From assembly GCA_039208735.1 (NCBI GenBank), contig JBCCQY010000046.1:1-61835 (forward strand): a stretch of 61,835 bases of DNA. Direction: 5' to 3'. The position numbers and the translations under genes are program-made. Positions 1-9,655 of the stretch are shown piece by piece; the stretch's first letter is position 1; the number at the start of each line of letters is the position of its first letter. This stretch comes from Myxococcota bacterium. GTDB taxonomy: Bacteria; Myxococcota_A; UBA796; GCA-2862545. The notes below the pieces were generated by a model. The model was not told where the DNA came from. It saw nothing but the letters and a program-made list of their open reading frames with translations, and searched no databases.

Positions 1-561
1 CACACCGCAGCGGCCCCGACCCAGGCCGAAGGGTCCCCTCCCATCGACGTCGAACGGGTGCTCAACGAAACGCGCGCCTCCATGCCGGTGGCTACCGAAA
101 CGTTGGTGAAGGCCAGCGCCGCCTGGCTGGGGCTCACCTTCTTGATTTGCTACCTGCTGGTGCCCGCCATCTTCATCCCGCTCAACCTGGGTGGGGTGGG
201 CATCTTCAACTTTTGGCCTCAGTTTCCCGCATTCTTGCTCGTGAGTGCGCTCGTGGTGGCGGCGGTCGGCGTGGACCGTCCTCAGATCAAGCTCGGGGGG
301 CTGTCGCGGGACCCCGTGCTGGCCGCAACCCTCGGGAGCTTTGTGGCATGGGGATTTTTGCAGGAAACGCTGTGGTCGTTCTCCCAGATGGGCATGGGCG
401 AGATGCTCGCCCTTGTGGGATTGAACATTGGCCAGAGTGTTCTGTTGGGCTCGATGTTGGCGAGCTTTACGGACCGGGTCGACCGCGCATTTAGCTATGG
501 CGCCGGATTCCAGCTTGCGACCTTCGTGGTTTCGCTGTTCATCCTCGGGATGTCGCTCTAA
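1..561 (+). CDS. Integral membrane hypothetical protein, probably 5'-truncated
   Basis: Frame is open from base 1 with no stop before the GTG at 58; about 5 hydrophobic segments; the stop overlaps the convergent kinase gene. Confidence 0.65.
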   Translation, partial: HTAAAPTQAEGSPPIDVERVLNETRASMPVATETLVKASAAWLGLTFLICYLLVPAIFIPLNLGGVGIFNFWPQFPAFLLVSALVVAAVGVDRPQIKLGGLSRDPVLAATLGSFVAWGFLQETLWSFSQMGMGEMLALVGLNIGQSVLLGSMLASFTDRVDRAFSYGAGFQLATFVVSLFILGMSL

Positions 562-2762
562 ATCCCTGTGACCTGGGTGAGTGCATCCTGTAGCGCACCG
601 CCGTCGAATGGCTTGGTCAGGCGCGGATTGCGGATGGTCTCGAGAAACGACCGCGCATCGGGGGTGAAGGCTCCCCCGGTGACGAACACGATGCGTCGCG
701 CAAGGGCAGGGCGTCGCAGCAAGACCAGCTGGTAAAACTCGACGCCGGTGAGGTCGGGCATCATGAGGTCGCAGATGATCGCGTCGTACTGCACCGGTCC
801 AAACAGCCTCGTCAAGGCACCCGTGGCGCTGGTTTCGATCGTGGTGTGATGGCCCGACAGCATGCGACGCGCCGTACGCGCGAAGTGTTCGTCGTCCTCG
901 ACGATCAGCAACTCGAGTGAGGTGGGCCGTGTGGCATCGGGCGGGGGTGGGGCGTCGGCGACCTTGGGCACCGGTGCCGCCTCGGGGAGTCGGACGGTGA
1001 AGGTGGTGCCCCGACCAAATTCGCTTCGGACCGCGATCGTTCCGCCGAGTCCCTCGATCACGGAACGACAGATGGACAGGCCTAGGCCGATGCCCGATCC
1101 GGCTGGCCGGGTGGTGAAGAACGGATCGAAGACATGGGGGAGGTCGGCGTCCCGAATGCCGTGGCCCGTGTCTTCCACTTCGATCCGGATTGTTCGGTGG
1201 ATGGGCTCGTAGCGCAATCGAATGGTCACGCGATGGTGCGCGGCATCGCCCTCCGGCAAGGCTTCAGAGGCGTTGAGGAGCAGGTTCAGCAAGACCTGAT
1301 TGAGACGCAGCGCGTCGGCGCGAACGGGTGGGGTTTCTTGGGCATCAAAGACCACCCGGGCCCGATGGCGCAGTTGATTGTCGGTGATGCGCAAGCAGGT
1401 CTTCACGATGGGTTCGGGGTCGACCGAGGCGACCCCTTCGGTGGGGGGCCGCGCCGTCGCCATGAGATCGGCCACCACCTGGCGAATCCGATCGGCCCCT
1501 TCCAGGGCATCGGCCAAGGGCTCATCCAGGTCCTGCAGGTCGGGTTGCTTGCGTAGCTGGTCACGGAGGTAGTGCAGGTTGCCAATCACGTAGGCAAGCG
1601 GGTTGTTCACCTCGTGGGCAACGCCGGCTGACAACGTTCCGACCGACGCCAAAAGACTGGCCCGAGCAAGTTGGCGTTCCATGGCCCGGCGCTCCGTCAC
1701 ATCTTTGATGACGATCAGCATGTAATCGACGTCGTGAACGGCTTGTACGGTCGCGGTGATCTCGATGTCTTTAGGTCCGCTTGGGGTCATCAGGGTGTCG
1801 AACTGCGAGACGGGCTCCCGTCCGGCGCTCCGTACCAAGCGCCCCCAGTCGGCAGCTTGGGGCGCGCTCTCGAGTTCAAAGGTGTCGATGAGTCGACGTC
1901 CCAGAATCTCACGCAACGGCCGTCCCGTGAGGGACATGGCGTTCTCGCTGACGTCGATGATGTCAGAGGACCGGGGATCGGCCACCACCGTGACCACACC
2001 TGCGTGATCGAGCAGGATCTGCAGGCGGCCCGACCGCTCGCGACTGCGGCGCCCCAGTTCGCGAGCCAAGGTAGCGTTCAAGAAGCGAAGGCGGGCCGAT
2101 TCCGCGAGGACCCGACCGGTTTGGTGTGCGAGTACGCTCATCGCGACCCCAAACAACAGCCCCGTTGCGGCGAGCAACCATCGCGCCGGCTCATCGCTCA
2201 ACGAGAGCCGCACCACGGCAGGGAGGACCGCGGGAACCGCAAAGGCGTAGTACGCCCGAAGAGAGGTTGACGCGCTGGAGGAGGCGCCCGCGACCATGCC
2301 CCCCACGACGAAGCAAACGGCGACGACGTAGGGGAGTTCGGTCTCGACGAACGCGGCGGCTCCTAGGCCCCACACGATGCCGTTGAGCAGGGAGCCCAAG
2401 GTGAACAGCGACTCCCAGGTGCGGGTGCTCACGGGACCGTTGCCCCGTCGTCGGTAGGCCGCAGCCAGCAGGGCTCGGCCAAGGGTGAGGGAGACGAGTC
2501 CGCCGACCCAGCCCGCCGTCCAGGAGGCGGGAAACGCGTCGTGGAGGAGCGCGGCCAGGAGTATCGAGTTCACGACGACCGTGAGGAGGGCGATGGTCGA
2601 CTTTCGGTAGAGCAGGTCGACCATTTCGTCATGGACGAGCTTGCCCACGGTATCGGTGGAGTTCGTGGCCCCCAAACGCGCCTCCCATGGGATGAACCAG
2701 TTTGCGGCGGCTTGAACGCTGCCGCAATCGCAAATCGTGGGGGCAGGCCGGCTGGGCGCCAT
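558..2762 (-). CDS. Membrane-bound hybrid sensor histidine kinase (multi-TM, PAS, HisKA, HATPase, C-terminal receiver)
   Basis: H-box AHEVNNPL, N-box QVLLNLLLNA, DTGHG, FDPFFTT, GIGLGL; receiver IVEDD...CDLMMP...KPF. Start uncertain (2762, 2675 or 2624); the ORF-track extension to 3155 overlaps the divergent gene. Confidence 0.9.
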   Translation of the reverse strand: MAPSRPAPTICDCGSVQAAANWFIPWEARLGATNSTDTVGKLVHDEMVDLLYRKSTIALLTVVVNSILLAALLHDAFPASWTAGWVGGLVSLTLGRALLAAAYRRRGNGPVSTRTWESLFTLGSLLNGIVWGLGAAAFVETELPYVVAVCFVVGGMVAGASSSASTSLRAYYAFAVPAVLPAVVRLSLSDEPARWLLAATGLLFGVAMSVLAHQTGRVLAESARLRFLNATLARELGRRSRERSGRLQILLDHAGVVTVVADPRSSDIIDVSENAMSLTGRPLREILGRRLIDTFELESAPQAADWGRLVRSAGREPVSQFDTLMTPSGPKDIEITATVQAVHDVDYMLIVIKDVTERRAMERQLARASLLASVGTLSAGVAHEVNNPLAYVIGNLHYLRDQLRKQPDLQDLDEPLADALEGADRIRQVVADLMATARPPTEGVASVDPEPIVKTCLRITDNQLRHRARVVFDAQETPPVRADALRLNQVLLNLLLNASEALPEGDAAHHRVTIRLRYEPIHRTIRIEVEDTGHGIRDADLPHVFDPFFTTRPAGSGIGLGLSICRSVIEGLGGTIAVRSEFGRGTTFTVRLPEAAPVPKVADAPPPPDATRPTSLELLIVEDDEHFARTARRMLSGHHTTIETSATGALTRLFGPVQYDAIICDLMMPDLTGVEFYQLVLLRRPALARRIVFVTGGAFTPDARSFLETIRNPRLTKPFDGGALQDALTQVTGI

Positions 2763-2839
2763 GGTGCAGCGTCTTCGCCATTCCGGGATTTCGCTCAAGA
2801 CGGGGATCGCGTCACCGATCGGCGTGACGGAGGCGGCAA

Positions 2840-4417
2840 ATGGCACCGTCCACGATCGAAAAGTCGCAACGGCGAGGGGACCCGGCGGCGGCGCTGGGTC
2901 TGGTAACGGCGCACTTGTCGCGCAATCCCCACGATGATGCCGCCTGGGCGGTCGCCGCAGAGGCCCTGGTACGCCTCGAGCGACCCGAGGAAGCCGTAGA
3001 GGCGGCTCGTCGGGCGCAGCGTCCGGGGGCTCCCGAGCGACAGGCGTTGCTGGCCTGGGCATTGGCCTCGGCGGGCGCGGCCGCGGAGGCCCGGGGGTGG
3101 TTGGCGAGGCTCGGTCCCGAAGCCAGGGTGCCGGGAGCCTGGGAACGGGCGGCACGGGCGCATGACCGTCTGGGGGAACCCGAAGCGGCCGTGGCGGCTC
3201 ACGGGCGAGCCGTGCAGCTGGCCCCCACCGACCTTGGCTGTGCGCTCCGCTTTGCCGAACGCTTGGAGCGTGCGGGCGACCCTCGCCGAGCTTCGATGGT
3301 CATCGCCGATGTACTGGACCAACGACCCTCATGGGAGCCTGCGCGACGCGTGCGGGTGAGGCTTCTGGCGCGAACTGGCGATCTGGATGGTGCTGCGTCC
3401 GAGGCCCGGGTCCTGCTGGACGGCAACGAGCTATCGCCCGCCGTCACCACCGGCCTCATGCTGGAGCTGGCGCGTATCGAAGCCCGTCGGGGAGCGGTCG
3501 AGTCGACCGTCGAGTGGGCGGAACTGGGAAATCGACGGGCGCTTGAGGTGTGGCGAGCCGAGGGGGGCGATCCGGATCGGTTGTGGCAAGAACTCGATGC
3601 GTTGGCGAACGCCACGTTGCGCGACCCCCCGCGCCACGTGCCCCCTTCAAGACCGCTGCCCAATGGTCAGCGGCCAGCCTTTATCGTGGGCTTTCCTCGG
3701 TCGGGTACCACGTTGGTGCAACGCATGATCGAAGCGCACTCCTCGGTGGTGACCTTCGATGAAGCGCCGCTGCTCGACCGCGCCTTGGCCGAAGTCTTGC
3801 CCGGGCTTGGGTGGGTCGACATCGCGCGCCGGGCGGCCGAGCCCGACATCGCACAGCGCATTCGCCAAGCGTGGTGGTCGGGGGCGGCGCGTCGCATCGG
3901 CGGAGTCCCCAAACGCCCGGGTCTGGTGGTCGACAAGTTGCCCCTGAACCTGTTGCGCCTCGATGTGATCGTCCGGGCCTTTCCCGATGCGCCTATCGTG
4001 CTCGTGGTTCGAGACCCTCGAGATGCTGTGTTGTCAGCCTGGCTCCAGGATTTTCGTCTCAATCTGGCCATGGCGCAGTTCACTTCGCTGGAGCGGACGG
4101 CGCGCTTGTTTGATCGGGCGCTTGCGACCTGGTTCCGGGTGACGCCCACCCGAGGCATTGCGCTTCGCTACGAGGCGCTGCTGGACGATCCGGAGTCGGT
4201 GTGGCGACCCATCGTCGATGCGATGGGTCTACCTTGGGATCCGGCGATTTTGGGCGCCCGAGATCAGTCCTTGGGGAAGGTGCACACGCCGAGCTACGCA
4301 GCGATTCGTCAGCCCCTCAACCGCGGCAGTGTGGGCCGGTGGAGGCCGTTTGCCGCTACCCTACGGCCCGTTCACCACATCCTGGCACCTTGGCTGGAAC
4401 GCTTCGGCTACGGTTAG
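2840..4417 (+). CDS. TPR-repeat PAPS-dependent sulfotransferase
   Basis: Ala/Arg-rich TPR-like N-terminus; 5'-PSB motif FIVGFPRSGTT, DKLPLN, 3'-PB motif RDPRDAVLS, LRYEAL, TPSY. Confidence 0.88.
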   Translation: MAPSTIEKSQRRGDPAAALGLVTAHLSRNPHDDAAWAVAAEALVRLERPEEAVEAARRAQRPGAPERQALLAWALASAGAAAEARGWLARLGPEARVPGAWERAARAHDRLGEPEAAVAAHGRAVQLAPTDLGCALRFAERLERAGDPRRASMVIADVLDQRPSWEPARRVRVRLLARTGDLDGAASEARVLLDGNELSPAVTTGLMLELARIEARRGAVESTVEWAELGNRRALEVWRAEGGDPDRLWQELDALANATLRDPPRHVPPSRPLPNGQRPAFIVGFPRSGTTLVQRMIEAHSSVVTFDEAPLLDRALAEVLPGLGWVDIARRAAEPDIAQRIRQAWWSGAARRIGGVPKRPGLVVDKLPLNLLRLDVIVRAFPDAPIVLVVRDPRDAVLSAWLQDFRLNLAMAQFTSLERTARLFDRALATWFRVTPTRGIALRYEALLDDPESVWRPIVDAMGLPWDPAILGARDQSLGKVHTPSYAAIRQPLNRGSVGRWRPFAATLRPVHHILAPWLERFGYG

Positions 4418-5418
4418 TAGCCCATCGCCCCACGGACCCGCGCAATCACGGCTCGGGTACGTTCTCGTGCTCGTGCCGCTCCCGTGGCCAAAATAGCGTC
4501 TAAGGCGGACTTGTCGTCCATCAGCGCGTGGTAGTGCTCGCGGGGGCCGGCCAGGTGCCCATCCAGGGTCTCAAAGAGGGCCTGCTTCGCTCCGCCCCAG
4601 CTGATGCCGGCTCGGTACTGGTCCGCCAGCGCGGCCTGCTCGGCCTCGTTGAGGAAGCATGCATGGATTGCGTAGACGAGCGAGGACTCTGGGTCTTTCG
4701 GAGCTTCGGGAGGTGTGCTGTCCGTCTGGATGCCCATCACAAGCTTGCGCAGCTTCTTTTGGGTGAGGAAGCACTGGATGGTGTTGCCCCGGCTCTTCGA
4801 CATCTTTTCGCCGTCGAGCCCGAGAACGAGGTTGCCGTGGGACCGCAATTCGGCCTTCGGGGGTTTCAGCACCACGTCATCGCCCTTGGCGAAGAGGCGG
4901 TTCACCCGATCGGCCATGTCGCGAGCGATTTCGACGTGTTGCACTTGGTCCTTGCCCACCGGCACCACGTCGGCGTCGACGATCATGATGTCCGCCGCCA
5001 TGAGGATTGGGTAGGTGTAGAGGCCCATGTTGACACCGTCGTCGGGGTCTTTGCTCTCGGCAAGGTTCCGGTCGCGAATGGCCTTGTAGGCATGGGCCTT
5101 GTTCATCCAGCCCTTCGACGTCATGCACGCGAGCAGCCACGACAGTTCGTAGACTTCGGGCACGTCGGACTGGCGATAGAGCGTCGACCGTTCGGGATCG
5201 AGCCCAAATGCCAGCCAGGCCGCGGTCACGCTGTAGGTGAGTTCGCGGAGTTCGGCGGCACTGTGGATGGTGGTCAGCGCGTGGCCATCGGCGATGAAGT
5301 AGAACGCTTCAACGTCGTCATGGTCGGCCAAGGTGAGTGCGGGCTGGATCGCCCCCCACCAGTTGCCCACGTGGACGATGCTTGTGGGTTTGATGCCGGT
5401 CAGCGAGACCTGGCCCAT
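4414..5418 (-). CDS. trpS: Tryptophanyl-tRNA synthetase
   Basis: TGIKPT, HIGH-type HVGN, YPILMAADI, VPVGKDQVQH, KMSKS; ATG at 5418 preceded by GGAGG. Confidence 0.96.
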   Translation of the reverse strand: MGQVSLTGIKPTSIVHVGNWWGAIQPALTLADHDDVEAFYFIADGHALTTIHSAAELRELTYSVTAAWLAFGLDPERSTLYRQSDVPEVYELSWLLACMTSKGWMNKAHAYKAIRDRNLAESKDPDDGVNMGLYTYPILMAADIMIVDADVVPVGKDQVQHVEIARDMADRVNRLFAKGDDVVLKPPKAELRSHGNLVLGLDGEKMSKSRGNTIQCFLTQKKLRKLVMGIQTDSTPPEAPKDPESSLVYAIHACFLNEAEQAALADQYRAGISWGGAKQALFETLDGHLAGPREHYHALMDDKSALDAILATGAARARERTRAVIARVRGAMGY

Positions 5419-5519
5419 GATTCCTCCCGTGGGGTGATGGGTTCGCCCCTCCCGTAGCCCTCCGGCCCCCAAGCTGCCGCTGCCATCGACCGGGGTAGAG
5501 TGACCGGCGGAGAAAGACC

Positions 5520-7691
5520 ATGCTCGTACCGGTGACGTTGCTCTTGTCCGCCTGTTCCATGTTCGGCCCGTCCGTCGACGAACCGATGGGGCCCCAGCCT
5601 CCGGCTCCGGCCCGGGTCGAGGTGGTCACGGACACCTTCCACGGTCAGGCGGTCGAGGACCCCTACCGCTGGCTCGAAGCGGCTGACACGGAAGAGACCC
5701 AAGCCTTTGTCGCCGCACAAAATGCCTACACTGAGGCCACGCTCCGCACCTATCCGGTCCGGGAGGCGCTGAAAACGGAGCTTTCGACTATTCTTGGGGC
5801 TCGACGAACCACCCATGGTGGTCTGGCCTTCGGGGGCTCCCGCATCTTTGCCCTGCGACGGGAGCCGCCCAAGCGTCAGCGTTTCCTCGTCGAACTGGAT
5901 GATCTGTCACGAGAGGCGCCGGCGCGCACGCTGCTGGACCCGGAAACGATGGATGCCGAGGGCCTCACCACCATCGACTGGTTCGTGCCGTCGCCCGATG
6001 GCCGCAAGGTTGCGGTGTCGCTTTCACGGGCGGGGACGGAGTCAGGCGATGTGTACGTTCTCGATGTTGAAACAGGTGAATTCACCGAACCGCCGCTGCC
6101 CCGGGTCCATGGGGGCACGGCCGGCGGGGCCCTGACCTGGGATCCCGACGGACAGGGCTTTCTCTACACCCGCTACCCAAGACCTGGTGAACGCCCTGCG
6201 GAGGACGAAGCCTTCTACGTCCAGCTGTACCACCATGCCTTGGGCGATTCGGCGTCTGACGACCGGTATGAGATGGGGAAGGATTTCCCTCGCATCGCGG
6301 AAATCGATGTGGAGAGTCACTACGGGACGGGCCGTGTGATCGTGACCGTGCAGGACGGCGACGGGGGACGATTTGCCCACTGGTTGCGGGACGCCGATGG
6401 CGACTATCGCCAGCTCTCGGACTTTGGCGATCGCACCGTGATGATCACCTTCTCCGAAGACGGCACGAGCCTGCTCGCCGTCTCGTTGGCGGGGACGCCG
6501 ACCGGCCGCATCGTGCGGTTCGGGGTCGACGAGACCTTCGTCCAGAGCCAGGTCGTGGTCGACGCCAAGCCCGACGAGACGATCGTGACGAGTTTCTGGT
6601 CAGAGCCGAGCATCGTCGAACTCGGCGGTCGCGTGGTCTACGAGGTTCAGCGGGGAGGCCCGAGCGCGCTTCGAGTGGTCGAGCCGCCGGGGGTTCCGTC
6701 TCCTGGGCCATCGCCCTTCGACGTGGGTGCGGTCTGGGGACTCCGGCGCACCCCCGACGGACGTCTGCTGTTCGCCATGGGGTCGTACACCGAGCCATGG
6801 ACGTGGTTCCGGTTCGACCCCACCACCCGCGACACCGATCGGCTGACCCTTGATGATCCGCCTGCCGTCAAGTTCTCGGGGGTGACGGTGGAGCGCGAGT
6901 TCGCCACGAGCAAGGACGGCACCAAGGTCCCGTTGAATGTGTTGTTGCCCCCAGGGGTGGAGCGCAACGGCGACAACCCCTGTGTGGTGACCGGCTACGG
7001 CGGCTTTGGGATTAGTGAAACGCCGAGCTTTCGGGCCTCGTACGAACCATTGTTGCGTCGGGGGGTGATCGTCGTATTCACCAACCTGCGTGGCGGGGGC
7101 GAGTTCGGTGAGACTTGGCACGCCCAGGGCATGCTCGAGAACAAGCAAAACGTGTTCGACGACTTTGCCGCGGTGCTCGATCACCTCGTCGAACGCGACT
7201 ACACGAAGCCCGAACGCATCGGCATCATCGGAGGAAGCAACGGCGGGTTGCTCATGGGCGCGGTGCTCACGCAACGGCCCGATGCGATGGCGGCCGTGAT
7301 GGCCTCGGTAGGCATCTTCGACATGATTCGGGTCGAGACCTCGGCCAATGGTGCGTTCAACGTCACCGAGTTTGGCACGGTGCAAGATGAATCGCAGTTC
7401 AAGGCGCTGTTTGGGTACTCGCCCTACCATCACGTCAACGATGGGCAGCGCTACCCCCCGGTCCTCTTTGCGACCGGAGCGAACGATCCGCGCGTCGATC
7501 CTATGCAGTCCCGCAAGATGACGGCGCGCCTGCAGGCGGCCCAAACAGGCCCCGGACCCATCTTGCTACGCACGAACGCCGATGCCGGACATGGCAGTGG
7601 CACGCCGCTCGACGCGCGCATTGGTCTTCGGGCCGATCAATTCGCCTTCTTGCTGCACCACATCGGAGCGCCGATGGATGCGCGACCGTGA
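5520..7691 (+). CDS. Prolyl oligopeptidase (S9A), predicted lipoprotein
   Basis: Lipobox-like LLSAC; DPYRWLE, GYGGF, NLRGGGEFG, catalytic GGSNGG, DPRV, GHG. Confidence 0.93.
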   Translation: MLVPVTLLLSACSMFGPSVDEPMGPQPPAPARVEVVTDTFHGQAVEDPYRWLEAADTEETQAFVAAQNAYTEATLRTYPVREALKTELSTILGARRTTHGGLAFGGSRIFALRREPPKRQRFLVELDDLSREAPARTLLDPETMDAEGLTTIDWFVPSPDGRKVAVSLSRAGTESGDVYVLDVETGEFTEPPLPRVHGGTAGGALTWDPDGQGFLYTRYPRPGERPAEDEAFYVQLYHHALGDSASDDRYEMGKDFPRIAEIDVESHYGTGRVIVTVQDGDGGRFAHWLRDADGDYRQLSDFGDRTVMITFSEDGTSLLAVSLAGTPTGRIVRFGVDETFVQSQVVVDAKPDETIVTSFWSEPSIVELGGRVVYEVQRGGPSALRVVEPPGVPSPGPSPFDVGAVWGLRRTPDGRLLFAMGSYTEPWTWFRFDPTTRDTDRLTLDDPPAVKFSGVTVEREFATSKDGTKVPLNVLLPPGVERNGDNPCVVTGYGGFGISETPSFRASYEPLLRRGVIVVFTNLRGGGEFGETWHAQGMLENKQNVFDDFAAVLDHLVERDYTKPERIGIIGGSNGGLLMGAVLTQRPDAMAAVMASVGIFDMIRVETSANGAFNVTEFGTVQDESQFKALFGYSPYHHVNDGQRYPPVLFATGANDPRVDPMQSRKMTARLQAAQTGPGPILLRTNADAGHGSGTPLDARIGLRADQFAFLLHHIGAPMDARP

Positions 7692-8170
7692 GTGAGGTGG
7701 GCGCGCGCATTTTGCAGCAGTTTGGCGACCGCGGGTTCGACGTTGAAGTGCGGGAGCACCCCCCGGCGAATAGTGCGGTGCAAGCCGCGACCTTGCGAGG
7801 TACCGACCTGCGGGACGGCTGCAAGGCCATCGTCATGAAGGTCGGCAAGGTCTTCGCGGTGCTTGCGTTCGCTGCGGATCGAACGATCGACAATCGAAAG
7901 CTGCGTCAGCGGCTGCACGTGCGACGCTACCGCTTTGCGACGGGCGAAGAACTCGCTGACCTGACGGGAGGGCTGGTTCCAGGTGGGGTGCCGCCATTTG
8001 GGCGACCCATCTTTGATCTGCCGCTGTACGTCGATGTTGAGCGGGCATCTCGGGATCCGTTCTGGTTCACCAATGGGGCCCGCACCCAGTCGGTCCGTGT
8101 GGCCGTTGCAGACTGGCTTGCGGTGGCTCAACCCGATGACGTGTTCGACTTCACCCGACCTGCGGCCTGA
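7688..8170 (+). CDS. YbaK/ProX-family aminoacyl-tRNA deacylase
   Basis: Conserved Lys in CKAIVMK and the GGVPPFG motif; GTGA overlap with the upstream stop. Confidence 0.85.
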   Translation: MSEVGARILQQFGDRGFDVEVREHPPANSAVQAATLRGTDLRDGCKAIVMKVGKVFAVLAFAADRTIDNRKLRQRLHVRRYRFATGEELADLTGGLVPGGVPPFGRPIFDLPLYVDVERASRDPFWFTNGARTQSVRVAVADWLAVAQPDDVFDFTRPAA

Positions 8171-8172
8171 CA

Positions 8173-8424
8173 TCAGCCAACCGTGCACACCAGCGTTTCC
8201 CGGATGCTGCCGTAGGACAGCGCGAGTTCCAGGGCATCGGGGTGGTCGTGCAGCACGACCTCCACCACCTGCCCCGGTGCGAGTGCGGTCTGCGCGAGCA
8301 TTGCCCGCAGGGCGTGCGTGATGGACGCCTCGAGTTCAGGGTCAGCGACACGCTTTCGAATGGCGGTTTGCAGGTCAGGAGGGAGCGGGCCCTCTACCGG
8401 GCAACGGTAGACCTCGGTCACCAC
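8173..8424 (-). CDS. Small hypothetical protein (83 aa)
   Basis: Fills the gap between two + strand genes with protein-like composition; no motif recognised. Confidence 0.45.
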   Translation of the reverse strand: MVTEVYRCPVEGPLPPDLQTAIRKRVADPELEASITHALRAMLAQTALAPGQVVEVVLHDHPDALELALSYGSIRETLVCTVG

Positions 8425-8468
8425 GGACCACCGGGTTCGGATACCTGGGGCCTGCAGCCGGAGGCGAC

Positions 8469-9593
8469 GTGACGACGACCGTTCGACCCATCGAGCTTCC
8501 CCGCGATGCGGGGGCGTTCCTGAAGGCCTGGTGGCCCATTTATGAGGGCGATGACCACTGGGTTCCGCCGCTCATCATGGAGCGGAAGCGGTTCTTCGAT
8601 CCAGGGACGAACCCGTACTTCAATCACGCGACCATCCAGTGTTTCATGGCCTACCAGGGCAACCGCCCGGTGGGAACCATCGCCGCTACCGTCGACCATC
8701 GGCAGATCGAGCACGAGCCGGGGCTCGCCAACATTGGCTTCTTCGAATTTATCGAGGATGAGGACGTTGCCGGGAAGCTTCTCGACGCAGCGTGCACCTG
8801 GTTGAAGGGCCAGGGCATGAAAAAGGTCCAAGGGCCGTTCAACTTCAATAGCAACCACGAGTTTGGCTTGCTCGTCGATGGGTTCGACACCGACCCCATG
8901 ATCGCCAACCCGCACAACCGCGAGTACTACGGCCGGATCTACGAGGCGCTTGGCATGGAGAAATCCATGGACTGGTACGCCTACTGGCTGACCAACGATG
9001 GCCCTGCTCCACCGCGGCTCTTGCGGGTCAATGACGGCATCATGCGCCGGTATCCGGGCATTCGGCTTCGCAAGGTTGATCTGGCCAATATCGACCAGGA
9101 AGCGGAACTCCTCTGGGAGATCTACAACGACGCGTGGTCGGAGAACTGGGGCCATGTGCACTTCAACCGGGACGAGTTCGACTTTACGGTGGCCGGCCTC
9201 AAGCAGGTCATCAACCCAGATCTGTGTTTCTTTGTCTATTACGAGGATGAGGTAGCCGGGGTCTCGGTGACCCTTCCGGACTTCAACCAGGTCGCCAAGA
9301 AGATGAACGGCAGCATCTTTCCCTTTGGGTGGTGGCATTTCCTGATGGGCCGGTCGCGCATCGATGCGATTCGCGTGTTCGTGTTGGGCATCAAGAACAA
9401 GTTCCAGCACTTGCCGCTCGGCTCGCCGCTCTACATCAAGACCTGGGAAGAAGCTCGCAAGCTCAAGCCCACCGTTCGCGGGGCGGAGGCGTCGCTGGTG
9501 CTCGAAACCAACCACCGGATGCGAAGCCCGCTCGAGAAGATGGGTGGCAAGATCTACAAGACGTACCGGGTCTATTCGAAGTCGCTCGAGTAG
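8469..9593 (+). CDS. GNAT-fold N-acetyltransferase (YghO-like)
   Basis: WVPPL, NPYF, GTIAA, GFFE, GPFNF, GLLVDGF, YNDAWSENWG, LETNHRM, YKTYRVY; GGAGG RBS upstream. Confidence 0.85.
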   Translation: MTTTVRPIELPRDAGAFLKAWWPIYEGDDHWVPPLIMERKRFFDPGTNPYFNHATIQCFMAYQGNRPVGTIAATVDHRQIEHEPGLANIGFFEFIEDEDVAGKLLDAACTWLKGQGMKKVQGPFNFNSNHEFGLLVDGFDTDPMIANPHNREYYGRIYEALGMEKSMDWYAYWLTNDGPAPPRLLRVNDGIMRRYPGIRLRKVDLANIDQEAELLWEIYNDAWSENWGHVHFNRDEFDFTVAGLKQVINPDLCFFVYYEDEVAGVSVTLPDFNQVAKKMNGSIFPFGWWHFLMGRSRIDAIRVFVLGIKNKFQHLPLGSPLYIKTWEEARKLKPTVRGAEASLVLETNHRMRSPLEKMGGKIYKTYRVYSKSLE

Positions 9594-9605
9594 CCCCAAC
9601 GCAGA

Positions 9606-9635
9606 GCGCCCCCGACCCGCGAGGGTCAGGGGCGC
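9606..9635. terminator. GC-rich hairpin between convergent genes; candidate terminator or 3' stabilising stem
   Basis: gcgcccc-c-gaccc GCGA gggtc-a-ggggcgc; the C/A mismatch becomes a U-G pair on the minus-strand RNA; no long U-tract. Confidence 0.55.
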
Positions 9636-9655
9636 AGGGTCACGATGCGTTCGAA

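Noticed and set aside
2763..3155. N-terminal extension of the histidine kinase in the ORF track
   Set aside because: Pro/Arg-rich shadow sequence overlapping the divergent sulfotransferase gene
4414..8170. trpS, prolyl oligopeptidase and YbaK as a peptide natural-product cluster
   Set aside because: trpS is divergent and looks housekeeping; no precursor peptide or tailoring enzymes seen
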